Shown in pieces: positions 54,512 through 63,646 of a stretch of DNA of 64,000 bases. The stretch is from Candidatus Liptonbacteria bacterium (GTDB lineage: Bacteria > Patescibacteriota > Minisyncoccia > UBA6257 > 2-01-FULL-56-20), in NCBI GenBank assembly GCA_016186635.1, contig JACPLI010000020.1, positions 3,548 through 67,547 on the forward strand, read 5' to 3'. Each line of letters opens with the position of its first letter. Position 1 is the first letter of the stretch. Under the pieces are notes generated by a model that was not told the origin of the DNA, ran no database searches, and saw only the letters and a program-made list of their open reading frames with translations. A program made the position numbers and the translations under genes.

Positions 54512-56047
54512 ATGAAGAAAGCGCAATCAAAATTTACGCAGGCAGTTATCGGCGCCAAGGGGAATATGGGCCGCTTTTTGGCGCAACACTTGGTTGCGCT
54601 CGCGCCGGTTATAGAAATAGATGCGGACAGCAGCGCTGCCGCGTGGAGAAAAGCCTGGAAAGCGGATGTGATATGGCTTTCTATTCCGCGGGAAGCAATT
54701 GATTCGACGTTTCGGGGGAAGAAACTCAACAAAAACCAGCTTGTTGTCGATATTTGCTCTGTTAAAAGCGATGTGGGGAGAATTATCGGGGAGAGCGGCG
54801 CCACTCACCTTTCCCTGCATCCGTTGCATGGTCCGAAGGTTCCTTTAATAGGACAGCGTTGGGCGGTAATACAAACCTCTTCGCATGGCGAGCAGCATCC
54901 TCTGGGGCGCGTAACGCTCGATTTTTTCAGAAAGCAAGGAGTGGCCTTTTTGCCGCCGGTCCCGCATGACCAGCACGATTTTATGATGGGAGTTACTTTG
55001 AGTATTCCGGAAGTTCTCACTGTCGTTTTAGACAGAGTTATCGGTAGTTATGCAAAACGTTCGGGGAAGCCTGTTCCTTCTCAAGAAGAACTGATGCGGT
55101 GGGCAGTGCCTGCTTCGAACGCCATTTTCGGCGCGTACGTGCATATCGTGAACAGCACGCCGGAGTGGCTGCGGTATGAGATTGTGAAGCAGGCTCCGCA
55201 TGATGTCTTGGGCGCCATTCGTGATGCTTGTCGGGGGATTGAAGAACTTTCTTTAGGCGATGTGGAAAAGGAGGTTGCGGAGCAGGCACAAAGCGTGCAT
55301 CAGATTTCTCCCGCAGAGCAGGACCGTATCCGCCGGTGGATTAACCAGTGGTTTGTGGACTCGACCAAGACATTCTTTAAAACCGCGAAAGAGAGCCGTG
55401 TGAAACCGGCATTAAACATCCAATGGATGGAGAAGAAGGAAGCAATCTTTCCGCGTTCCAAGAAATCCCTTACCGTGGGGATTCACGGAATAGACGGTTG
55501 TTTCACGCACGAGGCGTTGCTGCGCTTTCTTGAAGAAAACGGAATTTCCGAACACCGCGTGGCGCCGAAGTTCCTTGTGACCGCAGAGAATGTGCTTGAA
55601 GCGGTTACTTCCGGTAAAACGGACTTGGGGATATTTGCAATCGCGAATTCCGGTTCGGGCGCTTACGTTTCGAGCATGGCGCCGATCGCAAAACATACGT
55701 TCAAAGTGCAGGCAGTGATGGGTATGGAAATTATGCAGTGTCTTTTGGCGCACAAGTCGGTGAAAAGCGTGGATGGCATCAAGGAAGTGTTTGGTCATCC
55801 GCAGGCGGTGAGCCAGTGCAAGCGGACGCTTGAAGAAAGTTATCCGCGGCTCAAAGTTGTTGCCGGAAAAGACAGCGACGACACGGCGCTTTGCGCGAAG
55901 TGGATTGCCGAAGGGATTCTGCCGAGAACCACCGCGACCCTCGCCTCGCAGATAGCCGCGAGGCGCTACGGGCTGAATATCATTTCCTACAACATGCACC
56001 ACGACCCGTTCAATACGACGACGTTTCTTCTCGTATCAAGGAAGTAG
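54512..56047 (+). CDS. Fusion protein: prephenate/arogenate dehydrogenase (TyrA) N-domain plus atypical PDT-like C-domain
   Basis: N-terminal NAD site AVIGAKGNMGRFLAQHL. C-terminal PDT fold with ANSGSGAY (not ENS) and NTTTFLLV (TTF, not TRF). No ACT domain. Confidence 0.7.
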   Translation: MKKAQSKFTQAVIGAKGNMGRFLAQHLVALAPVIEIDADSSAAAWRKAWKADVIWLSIPREAIDSTFRGKKLNKNQLVVDICSVKSDVGRIIGESGATHLSLHPLHGPKVPLIGQRWAVIQTSSHGEQHPLGRVTLDFFRKQGVAFLPPVPHDQHDFMMGVTLSIPEVLTVVLDRVIGSYAKRSGKPVPSQEELMRWAVPASNAIFGAYVHIVNSTPEWLRYEIVKQAPHDVLGAIRDACRGIEELSLGDVEKEVAEQAQSVHQISPAEQDRIRRWINQWFVDSTKTFFKTAKESRVKPALNIQWMEKKEAIFPRSKKSLTVGIHGIDGCFTHEALLRFLEENGISEHRVAPKFLVTAENVLEAVTSGKTDLGIFAIANSGSGAYVSSMAPIAKHTFKVQAVMGMEIMQCLLAHKSVKSVDGIKEVFGHPQAVSQCKRTLEESYPRLKVVAGKDSDDTALCAKWIAEGILPRTTATLASQIAARRYGLNIISYNMHHDPFNTTTFLLVSRK

Positions 56048-56177
56048 TTGATTCCCATTGGCGGGTGCGGTAGGGTGGTAGGGCTTGTCTAGAAAGACGG
56101 GCTTTCCTTAACAATTTTAATGACGATGTTCGAAGCGCATGGCAGCGTCGGCGAGCGTCGTTCCACAACCAAAATGA

Positions 56178-57380
56178 GTGAAGGTACTTATGAGAAAATC
56201 ACGATTGTCAGTCGGTGCGGATTTATTTGTCAGAATAAAGTCTGCAATTGCGGCGGCGGAAGCGTCGGGCAGGAAGTTGATTCCGCTTGCCGTCGGGCAA
56301 CCGACAGGAGCGGCATTCCTTGAAGCGAGACGAGCCGCCGCCGTGGCAGTTATGAGCGAGGCGGAAGCGATGCATCAGTATCAAGACGTATGGAGTCCCG
56401 GGGTGCCGAACTTTGCCGAGCGGTTCGTGCAGACGCATGTGAAGACGAAACTTGCGAGGCAAAGCGTGGACTTTCTGCCGATACCGGGAATTAAGTCGAT
56501 CTTGAAAACGGTCATCATCGCGTCGCGCTGTTCCAGTGAGCGACTCAAGGTCCGGACGATGACGGCTCCGGGCTACGGCGTTCCTGCCACGTGGTGCAAG
56601 GGGCACTTCCGCGATTTCATCACCCATACGGAAGTGTCGCTTAACCCGAGGAATCGCTTCTTATTTGATCCAAGCTTCGACCTTGAGAATCTAACGCACG
56701 GCTTGCTCATGCTGAATTACCCACACGCGCCATCCGGACAGATTGCGAGTCAGGAGTGGCTCTGGCGTGTGTGCAGATTTTGCGAGGCGCAGAACATTCG
56801 CATCTTCAACGATGCGGCATACACGGCGCTTGTGCACGCCCCCAAAAATCATTCAACGCTCACCGACGTTGCAGTTGAGTTTCCTAATCTGTCTTGGGCG
56901 GAAGCATTTTCCGCGTCAAAGGCACTGGGAAACACCACGGGGTGGCGTATCGGCGCGGTTGCGGGGTCACCCGATTTTGTGGACGATGTGCGGACTGTCA
57001 AATCAAGCGATGATGCCGGGTTCGTAGCGTTTGCTGCGGCGGGAGTCATTGAAGGGTTTGAGAAGTATGCGCATCTGATTGAGGCGAACCGCAAAGTCTA
57101 TGCTCGACGACTGCGACTACTCATTAAGTGTCTTCGGTCGAAAGGCATGCGGCTTGCAGTTCAACCGAAAGCAGGCTTCTTCACGCTTTGGCTCACGCCA
57201 AAGCGGGCATTCGGTCGGGACATCGCATCGGCAGAGGACTTCAACTTCCTCATGCTTCAACGCACACGCATCTTTGGGGTGCATTTCCCTCCCTATCTCC
57301 GCTATGCGGTGGTAGGGGACGTGGAAGCGGCGCTCCCCGAGATTGGCGCCGCATTCGAAGCGGCGAAAGTCGCTTATTAA
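56178..57380 (+). CDS. Class I/II pyridoxal-phosphate-dependent aminotransferase
   Basis: LMLNYPHAPSGQIAS, IFNDAAYTALV, and a Lys-containing SASKALGNTGWRIG-like segment. ~400 aa. Confidence 0.8.
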   Translation: MKVLMRKSRLSVGADLFVRIKSAIAAAEASGRKLIPLAVGQPTGAAFLEARRAAAVAVMSEAEAMHQYQDVWSPGVPNFAERFVQTHVKTKLARQSVDFLPIPGIKSILKTVIIASRCSSERLKVRTMTAPGYGVPATWCKGHFRDFITHTEVSLNPRNRFLFDPSFDLENLTHGLLMLNYPHAPSGQIASQEWLWRVCRFCEAQNIRIFNDAAYTALVHAPKNHSTLTDVAVEFPNLSWAEAFSASKALGNTTGWRIGAVAGSPDFVDDVRTVKSSDDAGFVAFAAAGVIEGFEKYAHLIEANRKVYARRLRLLIKCLRSKGMRLAVQPKAGFFTLWLTPKRAFGRDIASAEDFNFLMLQRTRIFGVHFPPYLRYAVVGDVEAALPEIGAAFEAAKVAY

Positions 57381-57393
57381 TCAGCTTTATCAT

Positions 57394-57433
57394 GCAGGCG
57401 GACGGGTTTCCTCGTCCGCCTGCTTGTATTTTT
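57394..57433 (+). terminator. Rho-independent terminator after the aminotransferase gene
   Basis: caggcggacgggtttcctcgtccgcctg followed by cttgtattttt. Confidence 0.8.
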
Positions 57434-57449
57434 GGGATCCTATCTCTAC

Positions 57450-57478
57450 TTGACAAGGTTTTTAAAGGAGAATAATCT
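57450..57478 (+). promoter_or_regulatory. Sigma70-like promoter (TTGACA-17-TAATCT)
   Basis: -35 ttgaca at 57450-57455, a 17-nt spacer, and -10 taatct at 57473-57478. It drives a ~200-nt unit ending at the terminator at 57645. Confidence 0.55.
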
Positions 57479-57644
57479 GAATGTAATATGATGTGCAGAG
57501 TGCAAAATTTAGCGTGCATCGTCCCATTCTCCCCATCGTTCGCGGCGGCTTTTTGGTTTACATTTTATGGATTTACCACCAAGGAGGCGGGAGAAAAAGC
57601 CACACTGTAAGGAATCAGACTGAAACACAAATAGAAATTTCTCC

Positions 57645-57675
57645 AAGCCTCCTCCAAAAGGAGGCTTTTCGTTTC
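57645..57675 (+). terminator. Rho-independent terminator immediately before leader L2
   Basis: aagcctcctccaaaaggaggctt followed by ttcgtttc. Confidence 0.7.
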
Positions 57676-57821
57676 GGGTATTGATTTCAGGCGAGCCGCC
57701 TCGCATGAAATCAGTATCGGAGGAAACCATGTTGTGTGGACATGGCCGATGCTGAAGCTCTTTAACTTCTTAAAAAACGTGCGAAGTGAAAGAGTTGAAA
57801 GAAATGCAGCAACGTTGGGAG
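57674..57821 (+). promoter_or_regulatory. Duplicated leader element L2 with uORF MLCGHGRC (57729-57755)
   Basis: Second copy of the 53557 element. It includes a copy of the first 6 codons (MQQRWE) of gene 53685, but here they run into a short dead-end frame. The real downstream gene starts at 57886 in another frame. Confidence 0.7.
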
Positions 57822-57885
57822 CATAGTTTGTTATGTTATGTTTTTTTCTTCTGGCGGTGGAAATCCGCTTGGGAAGGAGATTGCG

Positions 57886-59265
57886 ATGAATACGCAACTC
57901 CAGGAGATGTTCGATGTGATGATGGGAAGAGGTGACAAAAGGTTGCGGGTGTATGGAGGCAAGGGTGGCAACCTTGAAAGGGGTATCGTGCTTGACTCGG
58001 GGAACGCCTTCGGTAGGTCATTGAGTGACTTGCTTGAAAGGCATGAGTACCAGGCGCGGAGGTTTCAGGTGGAACCTGCTGCGGTCATGCAAGTCTTCAC
58101 AGGCTCCATTTCAGGGGTTTCAACAGGAAGGACGCTGGATGGTTTGTTCGATCTTCCGTTGTTCTGTATGGATGTTGCGGAAAACCCAGCATCTTTGGAA
58201 CACACAACCATCACCATGGGTTTCGGAGGTTCGACATCACCAACTCCTCTCCGTTTCCCTGCATATGTCGTGCCAGCGATGAGAATGCTTTGCGGGCTTG
58301 AGGCGCTTGGATTGCCTTTGCCTGCAGTGCGGCTCATTTCAGCACAGATGAGCGCGGTTACCGTAAACGGCATGAATGCGGCGGAACTTTGGCCTGCAAC
58401 ACTTACCAACTTCGCGGCGGCGAAACTCTTCGTGGAAGAGTTTTTTCCGAAGGTTGCCCATCGGCTTCTGGTCGATTTTGATCAGCCGCTTGAGGGGGAA
58501 TACTTGGAAGCTGCGACGGCACTTGGAGAGTATGTCACAAGAGAGGGTAAGAAAGAGCGAATTCTTGATGAGGCCTTTGCAGCGATGGAACGACAGGGGC
58601 GGCAGCATGGCGGGGCAGAGAGAGCAATGTTGTACGTGGCGTTGCACGTTCTCCTTTCGCCTGATTGCACCGCTGGGAAATTCGGTTCTCCATGGGTTTC
58701 CGCATGTCACCAAAATGGCATCGTGGATCAGATTATGATTACCGCAGGGTGCGAGACCGAAGGCTACTTCAACGCCCTTCGGCGATTCCTAGCCGAGAAT
58801 GCTCGGAAGGTTCTCGGTGGAGCAGTGAGGTTTCCTCGCCGATCTTTGCAGGTAATCTTCGGGGCGCATGTTCCTCCGTACTATCCAAGGGTTGGAGAAT
58901 TGGACTTTCAGTCAAGGAGAATCGAGAGCTTGCTTTATGACTTCAAGGGGAAGCCCCGGGGAGATTCCGAATGGCGACGGGCGAGAGCGGATCATGAGCT
59001 GGCCTGGGATTATGACGTGCTTGAAGCCGCCGCAGGGGGCTGGAGGCCGTTTCTCGAGTGGGTGTGGGACACAGCAGCTCTCTTTGAGCTTGCTGATGGA
59101 TTAGGGAACAACGCGCGAGAGCGGTTTGCGGGATTGGTCTTGCGGGATGATAAGCAACGCGACCCTTTCGCCATTTTGTTGGAAGCGTATGCTGAAAAAT
59201 TGAAGGGCAAATCATTTGCTGCTCTATGTGCGCTTCAGCGGCAAAGGTTTCTGAATGGGACATAG
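57886..59265 (+). CDS. Hypothetical protein (459 aa), cluster member
   Basis: Long ORF with ordinary codon usage and no recognisable motif. Start at M17 of the track ORF. Confidence 0.5.
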   Translation: MNTQLQEMFDVMMGRGDKRLRVYGGKGGNLERGIVLDSGNAFGRSLSDLLERHEYQARRFQVEPAAVMQVFTGSISGVSTGRTLDGLFDLPLFCMDVAENPASLEHTTITMGFGGSTSPTPLRFPAYVVPAMRMLCGLEALGLPLPAVRLISAQMSAVTVNGMNAAELWPATLTNFAAAKLFVEEFFPKVAHRLLVDFDQPLEGEYLEAATALGEYVTREGKKERILDEAFAAMERQGRQHGGAERAMLYVALHVLLSPDCTAGKFGSPWVSACHQNGIVDQIMITAGCETEGYFNALRRFLAENARKVLGGAVRFPRRSLQVIFGAHVPPYYPRVGELDFQSRRIESLLYDFKGKPRGDSEWRRARADHELAWDYDVLEAAAGGWRPFLEWVWDTAALFELADGLGNNARERFAGLVLRDDKQRDPFAILLEAYAEKLKGKSFAALCALQRQRFLNGT

Positions 59266-59396
59266 TCCGAGGGTGGACTCGCACGAGTGTTGGTAAACAA
59301 ATTTGAGGGAGACATATGACTTGTGTCTCCCTCAAACCCGTTTCACAGAAGTTGAACCGCATCTCTTAATACGATATTGTGATACGTATATGCACT

Positions 59397-60851
59397 ATGA
59401 AAGAAGTTTTAATTGAACAAAAAAAGCAAATCGCGGAAAAGGTGGACGCGGTGCTCAAGAAAATTCTCGATGGGAGACCGGCGCTCCAGGCGATTGCGGA
59501 GGCGCGCACTCTTGGGGAATACTTGGAGCCTCCGCTCCGATGGAATCCGGAAAAGGGAGCGTTTCCGCTGCGCCCGCTTCTTGAGGACTTAATATTGAAG
59601 GAAGCCGAACGCTTATACGGAATCCCAACGCGCGAGGCGTTGCGGGAAGAGTTTTCCAAAAACTGGGCGGTGGAGACAGGGGCGCATATTTATTTGCCGC
59701 GGCGGTATGACCGACTCGAGAAGAAAGGGGCGGGGCAAATCAATCCCGTGGTGTTTCAGGGGCAGGTGCTGTGGGCGGCGCTGCGGCGCGCGCTTTTGGG
59801 GAGCCGCATTAACTTCAGCATGAATACCGGCCGCATACCGCTCTGCAATGCAAATAGCGGCGCATATTTGGATTTTTCTTTTTCCACGGAGCCGCTCCGC
59901 CTCGTGAGCAACCGCTATATGAATACGCCGCAGCTCTTTATTCCCGCGCTGGACGATGAAAAACTCAAAGAGAAAACCGAACAGCTTCAGGCGCTTGCGA
60001 GTCAGGAAAAAATTACCGATGCCGAATATGCGTACGCGAAGGAAGTACTTGCTGTGTTTGTGGAGCATCGCGACGGGCGCTTCAATCACCAGGTGGCGGT
60101 GGGGCAGGCGCATATTATGAATAAAGTATTGCCGCAGGGAATGAGGCAAGTCACGATTGACCTCGAGAATATCGGCACCGCATTCATAGTGCGGCTTTTG
60201 CGGGACCCGTCGAGTACGCTTTACCGGATATTCAGCGATGAAAAGCTTCGCGCCCGTTTCTATGGCGCATTAAAGGGCATCCGCACCGCATGGGAGGAAG
60301 GGGACAGTATGTTTTACGAAGTGGACCGTTCGGGGAAGGAGCTTAAGCTGCGCGAGTACAGGGGAGACTTAATGCCCGAGGTACTTGCGGACCTGCTTGA
60401 ATCCGAGCGTATTCTCCACAAAGGACTCCTTGGTTTTTATATATTCATCATTGAAGGCGGGTTGTGCCCTATCGGCGGTATGTTCCAGTCGCAATATTGC
60501 ATCGAGCTCCGTGACCGTATGATTCCCATACTTGAGGCGATTGGCGAAGAAGCTCGTGCCGCGCATCTTCAAGAGATGCCCACTGCGGTTGCGGCGACGT
60601 CCCCCTGCTGGGGGCTTGTGCGGAGGGGCGCGGGAGTGGAGCTCTTGATTGCCATGGATTGCATGGCGGTGCCTTTATCCGAAGCCGATTTCGCTAAAAT
60701 TCCCGCCCTCTCCGGAAGGGATTCATTGCGCCTTGCCGCGCCGTCGCTTGCCCAACTCATGCTCCACGAGGAAGCCGGAGTTACTTACGAGGAATTGCGG
60801 GAACTCTTGGGGGAGCATATTGTTACTCGCGGGATGAGTACTGCAACATAA
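59397..60851 (+). CDS. Hypothetical protein (484 aa), cluster member
   Basis: Long ORF with no recognisable motif. Its stop overlaps the next gene's start (ATGA). Confidence 0.5.
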   Translation: MKEVLIEQKKQIAEKVDAVLKKILDGRPALQAIAEARTLGEYLEPPLRWNPEKGAFPLRPLLEDLILKEAERLYGIPTREALREEFSKNWAVETGAHIYLPRRYDRLEKKGAGQINPVVFQGQVLWAALRRALLGSRINFSMNTGRIPLCNANSGAYLDFSFSTEPLRLVSNRYMNTPQLFIPALDDEKLKEKTEQLQALASQEKITDAEYAYAKEVLAVFVEHRDGRFNHQVAVGQAHIMNKVLPQGMRQVTIDLENIGTAFIVRLLRDPSSTLYRIFSDEKLRARFYGALKGIRTAWEEGDSMFYEVDRSGKELKLREYRGDLMPEVLADLLESERILHKGLLGFYIFIIEGGLCPIGGMFQSQYCIELRDRMIPILEAIGEEARAAHLQEMPTAVAATSPCWGLVRRGAGVELLIAMDCMAVPLSEADFAKIPALSGRDSLRLAAPSLAQLMLHEEAGVTYEELRELLGEHIVTRGMSTAT

Positions 60852-61984
60852 TGAACATGTTCACCATTACCGGCGGTTCCATTTCGAAAATAACGATTCC
60901 GCTCGTGAAGCCGTTCGTCACAAGTTTCGGCAGTATTGCAGAGCGGGAAATCGTGCTTGTCTCGCTCGAGACGAAGGAAGGGGCGATTGGCTGGGGAGAA
61001 GCCCCCGTGCTTTCCCTGCCCGTGTACGGCGCGGAGATTCCCGAAAGCGCAATTGCGGTGATTGCCCGAGTCATTTTCCCGCGTGTGCGGGGTGTCTCGT
61101 TCGCGCACCCAGAGGAACTCGATACCGCGCTCGGCTTTATTCGCGGCAACGAATTTGCGAAGAGCGCGGTGATTATGGCGGCGTACGACCTCTACGGGCA
61201 ACTTGGGAAAAAGCGGCTGGTGGACCTTATCGGCGGCACGAGGAATGAAGTGCAAAACTCCGCGACTATCTCGATTCACGAACGCCCAGAGGACGCGATT
61301 GAGGAAGCGCGTGGGTACTATGACGCGGGAATTCGCTTTTTGAAACTCAAGATAAAGCCGGGGTTTGACTATGAGCATGCGCGGGCAATCCGCGAATCGT
61401 TCCCGGAAGCGAAACTGATGCTTGATGCGAATGCGAGCTATGCATTTTCGCCCGATGCAATTGCAATTTTGAAGAAGTGCGATGCGCTGGGGCTCTATTG
61501 CCTTGAACAGCCGTTCCGCGCCCGGGAACTTCTCGCGCATGCGAAGCTTCAGCGGGAAATCAAGGCGCCTCTCGCGCTTGATGAAAGCGTGGAATCATAC
61601 GCCGACGCAGAGCAGGTGATTGAGCTCGGAAGTGCTAAGTTGGTGAACGTCAAAATTGCGCGCGTGGGGGGACTTGTTCAGGCGCTCGCAATCAACAAAC
61701 TATGCGCCGCGCACGGCGTCCCCGCATGGGTGGGCGGTATGCTTGAGTCGCCGGTGGGGCTTTACGCGAACCTCGCGCTTGCGAGCGTGCCGAACTTTGA
61801 CTACCCGATTGATTTTCTTGACACGTTCACGTATCTCCGCGAGTATGCGTCGTTTTTCACCCGCGTGCCGTTCGAAATTCGCGGAGGGACTGTCGCCATC
61901 TCGCTTTCTGGATATGGCTTAGGACTGGAACTCGACTGGGAGCGCTGTAGAAGCCACATTTCGGAGCGCATTCCGTTGGCGTGA
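60851..61984 (+). CDS. Enolase-superfamily MLE-subgroup enzyme (dipeptide epimerase / N-succinyl-amino-acid racemase / OSBS-like)
   Basis: KxK in FLKLKIKPG, metal ligands in LMLDANASY, ...LEQP..., and LALDES. Confidence 0.8.
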   Translation: MNMFTITGGSISKITIPLVKPFVTSFGSIAEREIVLVSLETKEGAIGWGEAPVLSLPVYGAEIPESAIAVIARVIFPRVRGVSFAHPEELDTALGFIRGNEFAKSAVIMAAYDLYGQLGKKRLVDLIGGTRNEVQNSATISIHERPEDAIEEARGYYDAGIRFLKLKIKPGFDYEHARAIRESFPEAKLMLDANASYAFSPDAIAILKKCDALGLYCLEQPFRARELLAHAKLQREIKAPLALDESVESYADAEQVIELGSAKLVNVKIARVGGLVQALAINKLCAAHGVPAWVGGMLESPVGLYANLALASVPNFDYPIDFLDTFTYLREYASFFTRVPFEIRGGTVAISLSGYGLGLELDWERCRSHISERIPLA

Positions 61985-62018
61985 GCGATAACTAATTATT
62001 TTCACCTTTACAATTACA

Positions 62019-63146
62019 ATGAAGAATCAGGAAATCCAGAAGATATTGTTTGACCTCATACGTTTTAAGACAGAAACAAAAAAGCAGAGCGAAGTGAAGC
62101 GGGCAATCGGGTATATCGGGAAGTTTTTTGCGGGGACTTCGTATGCGGTGAAGCGCTTCGCGAAGCACGGTGTGCATTCGCTGCTGGTGTATCCAAAAGG
62201 TACAAGCTGGAGAAATCCGGAAGTTCTCCTGAACGGCCATGTGGATGTGGTTCCCGCAAGCGAGGCGGGGCAGTATGCGCCATTCAGGCGCGGGCATAAA
62301 GTGTTCGGGCGCGGGTCGTCCGATATGAAAGGAGGACTTTCCGCGATAATCGGCGCGCTTCTTGAACTTGATGCGAAGCGTGTGCGGCATGGTGCGGCGT
62401 TTCTCGTGAACGGCGACGAGGAGGTGGGGGGAGCGCATGGCGCGGGGTATGTGGTGAACGACATAGGCATCCGGCCGAAGTTCGTGGTGGTCGCCGATAA
62501 CCCGCGGCATGAGGGATTTGTGGTTACTACGAAAGAGAAAGGAGGAATATGGCTCGAGCTCACCGCTCGCGGGAGGGCGGCGCATGCGGCGTACCCGTGG
62601 CTCGGCGAAAATGCGCTTGAGAAGCTCATTCATGCGGTGGGGAAGATTCAGCGCCTCGTGGGGAAGGTGCGGCCCGACGCATGGAAGACCACCGTAAACC
62701 TCTCGGGGATTCATACGGACGGCGCGACGCATAACATGGTTCCCGCAGGGGCGCGCGCCATGCTTGATTTGCGCTTCACGGAGGAGTTTGCGAAGAGCGC
62801 GGATGAGGCGTACCGGAAAGTACGGCGCGCGGTGCCGGGGGTGGAAGTGCGTGCGCTTGTGAAAGTGGCGCCGCTCCGAAATAACCATCGGCACGCGCAC
62901 ATTCGGAATTTTCGGTCGCTCTTTTCCCGGACTCTCGGCAGGAAAATTCCCTTCGGGTACGGGCACGGCGCGAGCGATGCGCGTTACTTCGGCGCGCGCG
63001 GTATTCCGAGCATCCTTGTGGGCACCGTCGGCGCGCACTGGCATTCCCGGGGCGAATGGGTTGATTTCCGCACGGTGCTTGCGCTCAAAGACGTGGTAAA
63101 GGCATACATTGTGAAGCACCATGTTCATCGCGAGGTTAACTCTTGA
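62019..63146 (+). CDS. M20-family metallopeptidase/deacylase (ArgE/DapE/desuccinylase-like)
   Basis: GHVDVVPA, GRGSSDMKGG, and VNGDEEVGG. Confidence 0.85.
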   Translation: MKNQEIQKILFDLIRFKTETKKQSEVKRAIGYIGKFFAGTSYAVKRFAKHGVHSLLVYPKGTSWRNPEVLLNGHVDVVPASEAGQYAPFRRGHKVFGRGSSDMKGGLSAIIGALLELDAKRVRHGAAFLVNGDEEVGGAHGAGYVVNDIGIRPKFVVVADNPRHEGFVVTTKEKGGIWLELTARGRAAHAAYPWLGENALEKLIHAVGKIQRLVGKVRPDAWKTTVNLSGIHTDGATHNMVPAGARAMLDLRFTEEFAKSADEAYRKVRRAVPGVEVRALVKVAPLRNNHRHAHIRNFRSLFSRTLGRKIPFGYGHGASDARYFGARGIPSILVGTVGAHWHSRGEWVDFRTVLALKDVVKAYIVKHHVHREVNS

Positions 63147-63301
63147 CGGCTCCTGCTTTCGCGCTATAGTGAATCCAACAATGAATTGCTTCCGCACAAT
63201 CTCGCTTCTTAGCCTCCTTCTTAGCCCGACTAAGGGTGGAGGTTTTGCTTGTGTCCGGATTGCAAAGAGCGAATAGCAAATCGCAAAGAGCAAATAGAAA
63301 C

Positions 63302-63337
63302 AAGCCAGCCCTCCACGGACTGGCTTGTTTCTTTTTT
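63302..63337 (+). terminator. Rho-independent terminator
   Basis: aagccagccctccacggactggctt followed by gtttctttttt. Confidence 0.75.
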
Positions 63338-63646
63338 GGGAACAAGAGTGTGTTTTTTGTTTGTCTAATAATTCAATTTTCCAATGAGAAACATTCAGCA
63401 AAATCTTTTACTTGGATTGCTTCTTCAACTTCTTCTTACAGAGGGAGGGTTTTGTTGGAAATTGGTTTATAGATAGTAACTATAAAACGGATTCCATAAG
63501 CCCCTCCCTGCGCGGAGGGTTTTTTTGAGGTTTCGTTTCGGGGACTACGGACGAAAAAAACATCCCTAGTCCCCGGGTCAAAATCCTTAACAAAGCAACA
63601 CAGGTCCGGCTGCGTTGCAACAAAATGATTGATAGAAAGGAACCGT

